Assembly (NCBI RefSeq): GCF_009914755.1
Contig: NC_060929.1
Strand: one strand, 5' to 3'
Length of the DNA: 64,000 nucleotides
DNA from: the human T2T-CHM13v2.0 reference genome, Homo sapiens
Each line of letters opens with the position of its first letter. Position 1 is the stretch's first letter. The notes beneath the pieces were generated by a model. It had not been told where the DNA came from. It worked only from the letters and a program-made list of their open reading frames with translations, and searched no databases. Shown here one piece after another: positions 44,570 through 59,241 of the stretch. Both the position numbers and the translations under genes were made by a program.

Positions 44570-47085
44570 TCACCACCCTACCCTGCAGATGAAACCCCTG
44601 TCTTCCTGGAGTTTATGTTCTTAGTAGAAAGACAACACACATAAAAATAAATTATATCATTTTAGGGGGTAATAAGTGCTTTGAAGATAATAAAGCACAA
44701 TAAAGGGCTACAGGATTGAGACACATCAGACACCATATCATATCAGAGTCAAGATCTTCTCCCAGAGCCCCTGGCTAGCCGATTCTTCCTTAAATGAAAA
44801 CTGCCCTCTGTGCTTCTGTGCAGGGGGACTCTGAGGAGCCAGCCAAAATAGATGTCTTCTCTTTCCCCTGAAAAATGCCTCTTCTTAGAGTAATTTACTG
44901 GGCTGGACGGTGAGCACTGCCACTAGTCCTAAGCCATTTCTGTTTCCCTTGGCTGGTCAGGCGGTTCGGCAAGAGATGACTGATGCCCAAATTAGTAATG
45001 AGCAATGGCCCCACACAAGTAATCACCTTCCCCAAACTCTTCCTCATGGGGATGATTACTTGGACCCGAAATGAAGTAGATCCTTCTCACCTCGGCACCA
45101 AGGAAGTTACAGCCATTCCTCTGGCTGACAGCAATTTGTAGACATGGGTCTTTGCAGTTGGACATTTTCGAGGTTGCTAAGGAACAAATGCTTTGATTAG
45201 AAAGGTCTCCAAAAGCAGCATCAGTTTGTCATATCACTTTAAATCATTTATTTTATCCCACAAAGACAGCTGTGACCAATGGGATATGGGGTAGAGAGAA
45301 GCTAAACACTCATTTCCTTGAGAAATGGAGAAAATTTCAACTTCTAAGCAGCGGCCGTCACCAGCGCCCCACGTGTGAAACTAGAACCACGCACTGCTCG
45401 TCCGTAATCATTATGATTTGCAAGTAGGTGACTCATAGTCCCTAGGTACTTAATAAAATGGTTGTTATCTTCCTGGCCCTGCCCTAAGCATTATCTCATG
45501 TCATCCTTATAACCTCCCTGAATGTTAGGTGTGATTATTCCCTGGTATGAAAACCAAGAAGAAGGTAAAAGTAGATTTGCCCAACATCAAAGAACAGTAA
45601 GTGACAGAGTCAGAATTCAAACCCAGGTTTGTCTGATGGCAAAGCCTTTGTGTTTAAGATTATAGAGTCTTTTGTTTTCAGTGATCACATTTCAGGTGGA
45701 AAAACTAGCGATTCTGACGACGGGAAAGGCACATTAGGAGATTCCTGGAGTTTCATTCTGTGAAGTTCGTAAAAGGGGTTATAGTTGATGTCTGTAACCC
45801 ATAAAAACCTTTTTATGGAAGGGAAAGTGGAGAGATTGCTTAATCCTACAGTGGTGGTTTTCATCGGCTAAAACCTACACTTTGAATGTTCTCTGGAAGT
45901 CAGCATGCAAGTGACTTTTCTATGCAGTGATTTTGCAAGAGTTCACAAGATTAGTCCAGTTCTACTGGGGTTTTATCGATTTTCTTGTCAACAAGTAAGA
46001 AACACTGGTGTCCTCTTTGCCTTCTCCTTCATCATCTCTGTCCAGCCCATGGTCAAGCCCTGTCACCTCTTCCTTAGAAATGTTCCTCCAAAGTTGTCCC
46101 CCGCTTCTCATTCACTGTCCTGATCAAACCCTTTTCACCTCACCCCTGGGTTTCTGCAATCACTTCCTAATTGGTCCTCCTACTTTCATTTTTTCTCCCT
46201 TTAGAATATCTCATATCCTTCCTACAAACTAATTCCTTAAAACATCCCTTTCATCACATCAGTCACTGCTCAAGAGTCTTCAATAGCTCCCACTTGCCTG
46301 CTACAGCATTTCATCTATTATTTAGAACAGGCCTCTCTTGGGTCCCGTTTGACCTCCCCATCCCCTTATCCTGGTAGGCTTAGTTGACCACTCTGTCTCT
46401 CATTAATCACTTCCATTTCTGAACCTGGTTTCCACTGAAACAAAGTTAAACTTTAATTGCTGGTTTATCCAAGGCTAGGCACTATAAGGGCATGAACATA
46501 AACACCAAGCCAATCTATGTCTAAATTTTTGCTTGGCCACTTAGGAGCTGTGTGACTTTAGAAAAGTTGCTTGACTTCTCTGAGCCTCAGCTTTCTTATC
46601 TGTAAAATATGAATGTAAATAACACCAAGATAGGTACCAAATCAGGGTTTCTTCAAGAATTGAATAAAATGATAATAACGATCATGACGGCTAACATGTA
46701 TTTTGTGTTTGCTGGGTGCCAGGCACTGTCTAAATATTATCTGAATCCTCACAACAACCCCATAACATAGATACTCTTATTTTCAGTTTGCCAATGGGAA
46801 AACCAAGGCACAGACAGGAGAAGCTAGTAAGCACCTCATTCAGGATTTTCTCAGGCTCCATAGCCCTCATCATAGCCCTTCTGCTGTGCCATTTCTCCTA
46901 GTAAATGATCAATAAAATGGTAGCTGGTAACATGGGTTCATAATTCCTTATCTGAAACTCTCAGGAAACCAATTACATTTTGGAATTCAGAATTTGGAGG
47001 ATTATGGAAAAGTTATACTTTGCATATCCTCTGTATTACATAATGCAGAGGGGGACTGGAGCAACAGCATATACCACTCCCCCCA

Positions 47086-47133
<48 letters not shown>
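47086..47133. repeat. (CA)n microsatellite, more than 20 units, ~310 bp upstream of the furin-site exon
   Basis: Read directly from the sequence. Confidence 0.95.
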
Positions 47134-47135
<2 letters not shown>

Positions 47136-47359
47136 TGCACACATACAAACAAAAAGAAAAAAACTTTGGGTTAAAGCTCTTTGGATTTCAGGATAACAGA
47201 CAAGAGATTGTGGCCTAGAGTAATAAAAGTATTAATAGTAGCAATAATTATAAAGCATAATAAATAATGACTGTTATTATTGTTACACATTTTGCGGCTC
47301 TTGTTTTCCTGGATAAGTTCATAGCAAAATGTGCTACAAAAAAGGTCTTTCTCCATTAA

Positions 47360-47725
<366 letters not shown>

Positions 47726-49173
47726 TAGTTTCTACTACAGATGACAACCAACCAGGATCCTTTGTTTAGGCCTTATAGTGTCACCCACCTGAAACTAGCT
47801 CTGATTAAATGGAAATGCTGCTTAAACCATGAAAAATTCACCAAGGATGAAATTGAGGTTAAGAGTTTGGGTCAGACTGCCTGGGTTGAGTCCTGACCAC
47901 ACTACCTAAGCAAATCACTTGACTTTGATAAGCCTCAGTTTCCTCATAGTAAAATAGGAACTAACGTGAATGCCCACCTCATAGGGCCATTGTGGGGATT
48001 AAATAAAACAAATATATAAATCTCTAAGCATATAGTAGAGAAACTACTGGCGATTCACATCAGCTCAGAATTTTTCTTAAAAATTAAGGGAACCTCAAAA
48101 TACTAATAAAAAGTGATTTTTAAAAAAACTTTAAATCAGAGAAATTATATAGACATTTAAAAATCATGTTTTTATTCTTGAGTAGGTAAATCTCAAAGTG
48201 TTTTAATTAAGTACTTATCATTTTGGCATAGGGTAGCCCTGCTTTCTATTAGCTATCAAGAGAAAAGCGAAGTTTCAACCAAAATGTCCTTATACATGCA
48301 ATACAAAGCTCTAAAAGGGTCATTCACTTGAGGAAGATTTCATAAAGTTTTTCTACCACAAACCTTAAGTATGTTAACAAGCAAAGAAGCTGCAGATATT
48401 TTCATTAAAGTTATGTTATTGGGATTTTTAATCTTCTCCTGACAATAATAATTGATCCTGGGTAGAACCTCTGTGAATCAGGGAAGATTATTAGACCCAT
48501 TTCACAGAAGAATAAATTGAGATTCAGAAAGCTGAATCTCTCGAAGACCCAGGTTGTGGAAACAGTGGAAATGGCATGGGCTTCTGGGTCTTGTCCACTG
48601 CCCTTGTACAACACCATGTGTCCCAAAAACTTTTAGCTGTAGATCTCAAGATTCACTGGGGAAGCCCCCACAGGGTGGCTTCTTGAAGAAAGACCTGGTA
48701 GCTCCAGCATTAAATCCAAGATTTTCTTCCCCACATCTTAACTGGGCAATTCACTTATCTCTCTGAGCCTCAGTTTCATCAGCTGTGAAAAGGTAATGAC
48801 CACGTCCAGGAAGTAGAGGGTGATGTGAGTATCATGACAAATAAAACGTGTGTGGCATGTGTTGGTGGTCACTAAGTGACATCCGATTATTTTTTTTCCT
48901 TAGGAATATGTCTAGTATCGCTCTTTTTCTATTGATTACATTTTAAGAACTTTTCTATTGGTCCCATGGATTTTCCTGAGGGGCTCCCTGACTCTTCAAC
49001 GAGCTATGTAATCCAACCTGAAATTCAGGTGGCAATTCTTCATCAGTGGCCACAACTTCAGAAAGGTGTAAAATCATATAGAGTTTTGGTACTGACCATG
49101 GGATTCAAGTCAATCCTTATTCCTTCTGCTAAGCAAAGACTGACCCTATCAAAGCTGGCCAAATGGTCCAAAG

Positions 49174-49395
49174 CAGGAGTTGGCTCCACTGTAGCCCATG
49201 GGCCTAATCTGGCCCACTGCCTGTTTTTATGAATAAAGTTTTATTGGAGCAGCCCCATACATCTGTTTACATATTGTCTATGGCAGCTTTCCCACTGTCA
49301 TGGCAGAGTTGAGTCATTGCAGCAGAGACCATATGGCCCACAAAGCCTAAATCCTTACTCTCTGTCCCTTTACAGACAAAGTTTGCCAACCCCTA
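49174..49395 (+). mobile_element. MER58A
   Basis: ctggcccactgcctgtttttatgaataaagttttattgga...aaagtttgccaacccct. Confidence 0.85.
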
Positions 49396-51438
49396 CTCTA
49401 AAGTCATGTCATAAACTTTGTATAATGAAAGTCAGTGGAGAAGCGTTCCACAGAGGGAAAATACCCAGAATTAGGTTAGGTACCAACGGGGAAGAAAAGT
49501 AATAGGGTAGAGACTAGCTCACAAAAGGAAAAAACTAGAAACAAATTTGGAACCAGCTTGAGATGTTGAGATTTTTAAAAATCTTTAGTTTAAGAACATG
49601 ATGAGAAACGACTTCCTTTGTGTCACTCTGTGTTTGAACTCAAGAGGCTTGACACGTACGTGACAGCACACACCCTGCACAGCAGCTGGCTCAGCTGGGG
49701 TCTACAAGAATTCAGAGAAGTGGTTCATAACAACAAGAACAGCTATGCATTTATAGAGCATCAACGGTATGCTAGCCCCAGTATTATGCCTTCGTGTCTG
49801 TTGCTTCCTCAACCCATGGAGTAGCCACATGAGGTAGCACTATCACAATTCTCTGCATTTTCCAACTGAGGAAGCCAAGACTAAATGCAGTTAAAAAACT
49901 TGCCCAAGGTCACACACAGCCAGGAAAAGGTGAAATCAGGATTCATACTTTCCAGAGCCTGTGCTTTTAACCACTGGATTTCTTTGGATTCTAGCCAACT
50001 AAATCCTTTTCCCTCTAAACTTAGCACCTTTTCTGGGGTTCGGATTATTTCCCAACAACTTCTGTCCTCCTTTTCCTTTATCCACATGGACACAGGCATT
50101 GTGGTAGTGAAATTCCCTTCCCCCAGGCCATCACTCACCCTGGCCTGTTGGAGCTGGGAATAGCAATTCTCCCAAGAGGATCTCTCTTGTCTGGACTGTA
50201 GCTCAAAGAGCAAGTCAAAGGTAATTGGCCTAATAGTTGGGCAGACATCTTGATGGAGCAATGATAGTAATTGGCCTGAAATGCAGGGAAAAGAACAGTG
50301 TTTTATTTGGTTCAGAGGTTCTCCCACACATTCCTATCATCAGAACATTCTCCATCAAGAGCAGCCAGGAGTGCTGTAAACCCCCGTGATGTGAAACAGA
50401 AGGAAAATGTTAGACAGGTGCCTACCAGCGATCACACTAAATATATCTTTGACTCAGGGAAGTCTTTTGATGTGTTTTGGAGAGAAGCAGCCTGCTTTCA
50501 GAAACAAGTTTCTTCTCGAGACAACAGAGCAGCTTTCTGGAAGCACGATGCCAGCCTCCACTTGGATAAAATCCCATTTCCTGGGCTTGATCTCACATCT
50601 GGAGGCCACTTCTTCCTCAAGAAAATGTAAACAAAAAGGAAAACTGATAATATCTTAAAAATAATATTTAACTGAGTGCTGGAGAAAGGGGATTGAAATG
50701 TGAGCTCCTTTATATTTTAGCTTTGCCACGTCATTGTTTTTCCCTCAGAAACTGTGAAAATACTTTAAATATGAGTTGTTGGGAAAGTTAAATGAAAAAT
50801 ACTCTTTATTATAATTTTTGTTTATTTTGGATTCTCCTACCCTCCCACACATGCACACACACAGACACACATACACATAGACATACACATACACACAGGC
50901 ACACACACACATAAGCACACTTCAGCAACTATTTACCAAGGACCTATTGTATACCAAGCATTGAGAATACCTCGATGAACAGTTCAGATCGAGAGCTTGG
51001 TGAGAGAAGATAGATGTATATAAGAATTACAGGAGCAAAGAGGAAGTGGTACAAAGCCCAGATTGAGGAAAGTGAGGAAAACACCCAGGAGCTGAGACAC
51101 AATGGTAAATACCTCAAGTGAAGCCCTCCAGCCAAGCAAAGAGACTGTGCAAAGATCTCGGGCCTTTTCCATGGGACTGTGGTGGCAAAGAGCTTCCTGG
51201 ACCTTTGCTGCTTGATCGCCAAAGATGTAAGTTTTGAGAACAGGGAGCCTTGACCTCAAGAATGTCAATTTCCACCAAACCATCCCCAGACCCAGATGCT
51301 CAGTGAGAAGCAATCTCTACCTAGCTGTAGGAATGACTTCAAAAAATGCAAGCTGGAGAATGATGTTCCTCTGTTTAAATGTTTCATTTGTACCCAGAAG
51401 TTCCAGAATAGAACCCAAGTCATCCACATGTTCTACAG

Positions 51439-52118
51439 CAGGGGTCCTCAACCCTAGGGCCGCAGATCAGTATTCACCATAATGTCAAATCAGTGGAAGC
51501 CCTCAGCTTGTTTTCCTGCAACTAGATGATCCCATCTGGGGGTCATGGGGGACAGTAATAGATCATCAGGCATTAGATTCTCATAAGGAGCATGCAACCC
51601 AGATCCCTCCATGTGCAGATCACAATGAGGTCTGTGGCCCATTAGGAACTGGGCCGCAGAGCAAGAGATGAGCAGTAGGTGAGCAAGTGAAGCTTTATCT
51701 TTATTTACAGTTGCTCTTCATTGCTTGCATTACTGACTGAGCTCCGCCCCCTGTCAGATCAGCAGCAGCATTAGATTATCATAGGAGGGCAAACCCTATT
51801 GTGAACTGTGCATGCGAGGGATCTAGGTTGTATGCTCCTTGTGAGAATCTAACGCCTGATGATCTGTCACTGTCTCCCATCACCCCTAGATGGGACCATC
51901 TAGTTGCAGAAAAACAAGCTCAGGACGCCCACTGATTTGACATTATGGTGAGTTGTATAGTTATTTCATTATATGTTACAATGTAATAATAATAGAAATA
52001 AAATGCACAGTAAATGTGTGTGCTTGAATCATTCCGAAACCATCCCCAAGCCCCAGTCTGTAGAACAATTGTCTTCCATGGAACCAGTCCCTGGTGGCAA
52101 AAAGGTTGGGGACCGCTG
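51439..52118 (+). mobile_element. MER1A (hAT-Charlie) carrying an internal inverted duplication
   Basis: TIRs caggggtcctcaacc / ggttggggaccgctg and an 8-bp TSD TTCTACAG / GTCTACAT. Confidence 0.9.
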
Positions 52119-52606
52119 GTCTACATGTCCCTGGATGATCCATCTCTCTGCCTGGATCTCTCCAAACTCAACTAATGTCACACCCTCCCTTGTTTGCTAC
52201 CCTGCATCCACATTGGATTCAGTTCCTCTCTTTCCCACCCCAGAGCCTTTGCATAAGCTATTCCTCTGACCTGGAATACCCTTCCCTCAGCTCTTTGCTT
52301 GCTGGTTTCAGCTTATCCTTCAGAGTCACCTGCATAGAGTAGAGAGGCCCTCCCTGAACATTCTCTTTAAGTAGCTTCCTTTCGTTACTCCATCTCAGTA
52401 TCTTATTCTGTTCAAAGCACTTATTGTAATTTTTGCTTATTTAATTTGTTTGTTTTTTTAGCTTGTATTCTCTATTATTGTGCAAAGCTTTATGAGGGCT
52501 TTGCATATGAGGGGACTATATCTGTCTTTGTCACCATGGTATCTCCAATGCCTTGTTATATAGTGTTTTGCATATAATAAGTGCTCAGTTAGTAGACTGA
52601 ATCATA

Positions 52607-53129
52607 TGTAAGAATGTGACAGATCTGAGATCTTACCCTAATTGCAAGCTAGCATGTTAGCCTGACACAGTTTCATGGATGCCATCAGAAGACATGAGAC
52701 TCATGGGTCAGAGACAAGGGACTTTATTACTCAGAGCAATGCAATATCCAGAGTGTCAGCACATGTTCTGTTCCCCAAGCCCCAGTTCCCTCAGAGTAAC
52801 ACCTCAGGGCCTCCCTCAGGTCGGGTGATGCCAGTGCATATGTCATGGGTTGCACTGCAGGAGAAAAATCCTGAGCTTACTGAACCCGAGCCTCTTAGAA
52901 TGGGAAGTAAGCTTGCTTATTCTTTGTTCCAGAGGGAGATATTGTCTTTACTATACTGGGTAATAAGTAAACCTGCCCTTTACTCAGGAGAGAGACACTA
53001 TCGCTGTCTCCCAAGGCTGTTCCCAATACAGACAGCCTTGAAAAGATAGTTCAGAACTAAGGCAGTCAATGCCTGTGCTCTCAAGACATTCAGAAACATG
53101 ACAGACCCAGGGAGAATGATCTCCCAGCA
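52607..53129 (-). mobile_element. LTR40-like solo LTR (ERVL)
   Basis: The minus strand begins tgctgggagatcattctccctgggtc...actatcttttcaagg...agggcaggttt, as in LTR40a from memory. Confidence 0.75.
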
Positions 53130-54162
53130 CCGTGTGAAATTGCTGATTTGCTGATCTACAAAAGCACCTAACGCTTTTTGAATGAGTGATGAATTCAAAA
53201 AATAAATGAATAAATGAAACAAACAGGTAGCCACCTGGATGCTTCTCAGCCGACATTTACACAGCCAACCTCAAGGAGTTTCAGTCTGAAATGTTAATTG
53301 TTGTTACACATTAAGGAAACTGGCTTGATGGGGCCTATGGTCTTTTGTCTGATTTTGAAAAAGCAAATATACTCATTGAGTTTTCCTCAGAGTGCCAGAA
53401 ACCAACTACAGTGTGGTTCTGGAAGATGAGAGCTGAGAAAGGAAACACTGTAGAAAGAAAACAAAACTGTGTGATTCGAAGTTTCAATCCAGAGTGGGAG
53501 TAAATGGGAAATCAGGTTTAAAGGCAACACATCCTTTATCACTCTCAGGTACCTCCATTAGGAACAATTAGACTTCACAGCCTTTCATACCATGTCACCA
53601 GGTCAAAGTCCCCAACTCTCCAAGGGTGATATAACATCACATTTTGAGAATAGTGGCTTATACTTTCCTTTTCATCTTAGTAATTTGGAACCTGAAAGTC
53701 TAAATGTATTTTGTTTTAAGACAAAAATTAGGATTATGGTAATAATTTTTAAAGAATATGACTATTTCTGTGCAGACCCAAATCAACATTAAATAGTTCC
53801 AAAATCATTCCTTTGAAGGTATTACTTGAGAGTACACATAGAAAGGTAAATCACAAGATAAGACGGTGATGCAGGTTAGAGCCAAATGTGAACTAATTCA
53901 TTTTCATGAAAAATAACATCCTTAAAAGCTAAGCATAAAAGGACATTTGTATAACCGCAAACCTCCTATTTAAAGAATTCCAAAATCCTGCCTAATTTAA
54001 GCAGTCTATGCATTTGGGTTTTTCTTTTATTAGAATTCCTTAAAGCAAGGAATATTTTTACTCTACAAATCTGAGGTTAGGAATAACTACTCCTATTTTG
54101 AAGAATCACTCTCTATACCTAAGGCTAAAAACTGATACCCTGCACATCAGACCAAATCTTAA

Positions 54163-54620
<458 letters not shown>

Positions 54621-54895
54621 GAGACTGGTAGTTTATTCTTAAAAAGTGAAAGTTACAGCACTACTAGCCCTGCATTCCTGCCTGGGGCCATCACCTGGAG
54701 AGCACTGTTCAAGCTGTCCCAGTCCCCACCACTCCCTATTCTCTTCCTTCACTCATTCATATTGCTGACCGATCCCCTATGACAGGCATCTGAGATTACT
54801 ACCACTGGTCTTTAAAAGTGGCAAGTTACTGACGGTTAAATTACTGCACCAGTAGACAGAGGAAAAGGTAAACACTACATTTATCTCTTTTTCAG

Positions 54896-54997
54896 ATTCA
54901 GTGCAGGACTGTCCACGTAACTGCCATGGGAATGGTGAATGTGTGTCCGGGGTGTGTCACTGTTTCCCAGGATTTCTAGGAGCAGACTGTGCTAAAG
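54896..54997 (+). CDS. TENM2: TENM2 coding exon (102 nt, phase 1-1): first EGF-like repeat, [34 protein letters not shown]
   Basis: Acceptor ttatctctttttcAG ends at 54895 and donor AAG|GTATGT starts at 54998. It has the six-Cys tenascin-type EGF spacing and is in frame with the previous exon (G+AT=Asp). Confidence 0.97.
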
Positions 54998-55774
54998 GTA
55001 TGTGCCGCCACTTCCCTGCTATGGTTGGAAAACAGACCCTCCCTAGGCTTCTCTGAGCGGGTAACAGAAGGGACATCCAAGTAGCCTTCCCATCAAATCC
55101 CCCGAGACATCTTGCAAGCCCATGCATGCCAGAAGGCATAAGCCTTCGTAAAGAGTAGGCTTTGATTTATGACCATTGGCCAACGTACCTATAGGAGCAG
55201 GGCAGTTATCCTTGGCACTGAGGTGTGCTGAGAAGAAAGATGTGCTAAAAATGAGATGGTCGGATTTCCTGTAAAAGCAGAAGTGAATTACCATCACTCC
55301 TTTCTTATAATCATTAACTTCTATGTAATGGAAGATTAAGCATCTCAGGGTTAGTAAATTTCATTCATTCTGGCCAGCTACACTCTTAATCTAGGAAGCG
55401 CTATTTATCTTGGTGGAATCGGTTTTAAATTGTATTATTAATTTATCTACACTGCTGTGCACAGAATAGCTGGAGCCCTGAGATTCTTGGGGGAAAGGTA
55501 ATATAAGAAAGAAAATGCTTCTCACAAGAACAGAGAATTTAGAGGCTGCACACCTTGCTTGCAAAACACCTTCAGTGTGACCTTCAAATGGCTCTATCAG
55601 AGGCAGGTATAGTGAAGAGCAGAGCGTCTCACACTTTTACCCACAGGCACACACACAGACACAGACACAGATACACAGACACATAGACACACAAGGGTAT
55701 ATGTCTAAATACAAGTAGGAAATTGAAACAAAACTCACAAAATGATATTTTACTCCATGTTTCTTTTCTATTTC

Positions 55775-56079
55775 ATTTTTTATTTTATTTTATTTTTTTG
55801 AGATAGAGTCTCACTGTCGCCCAAACTGGAATGCAGCGGCACGATCTTGGCTCACTGCAATCTCCCTGTCCTGGTTTCAAGCAATTATCCTACCTCAGCC
55901 TCCCAAGTAGCTGGAATTACAGGCATGTGCCACCACACCCGGCTAATTTTTGTATTTTTAGTAAAGACAGGGTTTCACTATGTTGGCCAGGCTGGTCTCG
56001 AACTCCTGACCTCAAGTCATCCGCCCACCTTATCCTCCCAAAGTGCTAGGATTACAGGCATGAGCCACTGTGCCCGGCC
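55775..56079 (-). mobile_element. AluS
   Basis: Full Alu dimer with T-rich tail. Confidence 0.92.
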
Positions 56080-56471
56080 TCGTTTTTTTTTAATACCAGT
56101 TATTACCCATTACACTGATTTTCCACCCACCAATAGGCCATATCACAGTTTGAAAAATAGTGAAGGGGCAGTTGAGTGCACTTGCTGCAGAGTCAGGCAA
56201 TCCTGAGTTCCAATCCCAGCTCTGCCATTGGGTATCTGACATTAAGTGACTGATTTAACATTTCTGAACCTTGGTTTCCTCATCTGGAAAAGTGGGGAGT
56301 TACTTCCTAGGTTTATTGTGAGGATAGTGTAAGATAACACACACAAAGCTCTTAGCAGGGCACAATAAGGCCTCAAAGGGCTTGACTTTCTTATTTAATT
56401 ATGCATACGATTTTATTTATTTATATGTTTAACTAATCTTCCCGTTATTTTCATGTGTGCTTTATTAAAAG

Positions 56472-56524
56472 ACCTTCCTGCCTTGACTTTCTGCAAGACA
56501 ATCATTAATAAAGCTGCTCTGTAA
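56472..56524 (+). CDS. TENM2: Candidate alternative terminal exon of TENM2 encoding DLPALTFCKTIINKAAL-stop after EGF1
   Basis: Branch-like CTAAT at 56433-56437 is followed by an AG-free stretch to AAG| at 56471. The frame is open in the phase-1 register of the EGF1 exon up to TAA 56522-56524, with AATAAA at 56507-56512, in unique sequence. Confidence 0.5.
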
Positions 56525-56604
56525 ATACTAAATAGTGCCTCTCCTTTCCCACCCTCACCGCAATTGCTCTGAAAAATACTATTTCAAATAGTCTCAATAT
56601 TTCA

Positions 56605-57812
<1,208 letters not shown>

Positions 57813-58911
57813 GACAAGATGCTGCCCGACAGCTCTCAGGGCTCTGTGTCAGGCCAGAAGCCACCCGACAGCTCTCTGGGCTGTGCCAGGCTTAGTGCAC
57901 TCTGTCAATGGCAGGGGGCACATCAGCAAAGTGAACTGTGGAGACTGGACCTCCTCCTAGCGCCTCCCTCAGGCTCTGAGGGTCACTGATGGAGCAAGGA
58001 GAACAGAGAACAGCTTTTCCTAGCGGAGGCTTTAAAGGAAGGAAAATCTCAGTGTCATTTGAATGGCTTTCCTTGCATAATCTAATTTTCCTGGGAGTGA
58101 AGACATTAATGAGAAGAAGGACAGAGTCGGCCTTTTATATGTGGCTGCAAATGGGCTGAACCCTCAGCCGCACGGCCCGTGAGCTGTAAATGTATATTAA
58201 CACTGACACACATCGATGTATTATTAATCCTAAAAACCATGTGTGCTCCGACTGCACATCCAGTGACTGGCCTTTTAAACCTAAGTACCCCGGCCGTTTA
58301 AGAACCCTTTGCTCTAAATCCATTTGCAGATGAACGTCCATTCTACATTATGGATCTGTAATGGGGTGTCCATTTAGCTGCTTAAAAGGACTCTCGGTGT
58401 GTGTTTTGCATTCACCACCTGCAGTGTGGCAGGGCGCACACTGCAAGTGTGCATTAGCCATGGTATATAATTGATCCTTGTGAAACAAATATTGAGTGGA
58501 TGTTAAGAGTAGTTATTCCTCCATACTCAGTCGCTGCTCCTGAAATCGGGCTTTGAACTTGTATACTTTAATTTAGCTGTTGCACACAGTGGACAAAATT
58601 GAAGTGTTTAAAGAATAAAATTGCTTTTCCCCGATTTCTCCATTTATTCTGGGTGAAGTTGGTTGAAGAGTGTTAGGAGTAGGATTCTACCTTTTAGCCC
58701 TATAGATGTTTTTCCCTTAGTATTTTTTAAATGGCCACAGTTTAAGCTACTTCATTGTTAACAGAGTGAAATTTCCCCTCATTCTAAAGCCTTCTTTCCC
58801 AGTCTTTGATCTTTCATGTACCACCTTTATTATTTCTGGCAATTTCATGGGACAGAAGTATTATTAATTACTTAACATGTTTCTTCAAGTCAATTCATTA
58901 TAGTTCCATAG

Positions 58912-59241
58912 TTTTTTTGTTTTTGTGTGTGTGTGTGTGCGTTTTGTTGTTGTTTTTTTTGAGATAGAATTTTGCTTTTGTTGCCCAGGCTGGAGTGTAA
59001 TGGTGCAATCTCGGCTCACCGCAACCTCCGCCTCCTGGGTTCAAGTGATTCACCTGCCTCAGCCTCCTGAGTAGCTGGGATTACAGGCATGTGCCACCAT
59101 GAATGGCTAATTTTGTATGTTTAGTAAAGACGGGGTTTCTCCATGTTGGTCAGGCTGGTCTTGAACTCCCGACCTCAGGTGATCCACCCGCCTCAGCCTC
59201 CCAAAGTGCTGGGATTACAGGCGTGAGCCACCTCGCCCAGC
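58912..59241 (-). mobile_element. AluS (Sp-like)
   Basis: Dimer with ctcaccgcaacc and ttctccatgttggtcagg diagnostics. Confidence 0.92.

Noticed and set aside
45360-45380. CTCF motif (also considered at ~57955-57975)
   Set aside because: Only the GGCGC half matches, with several mismatches in the CCAC-AG core.
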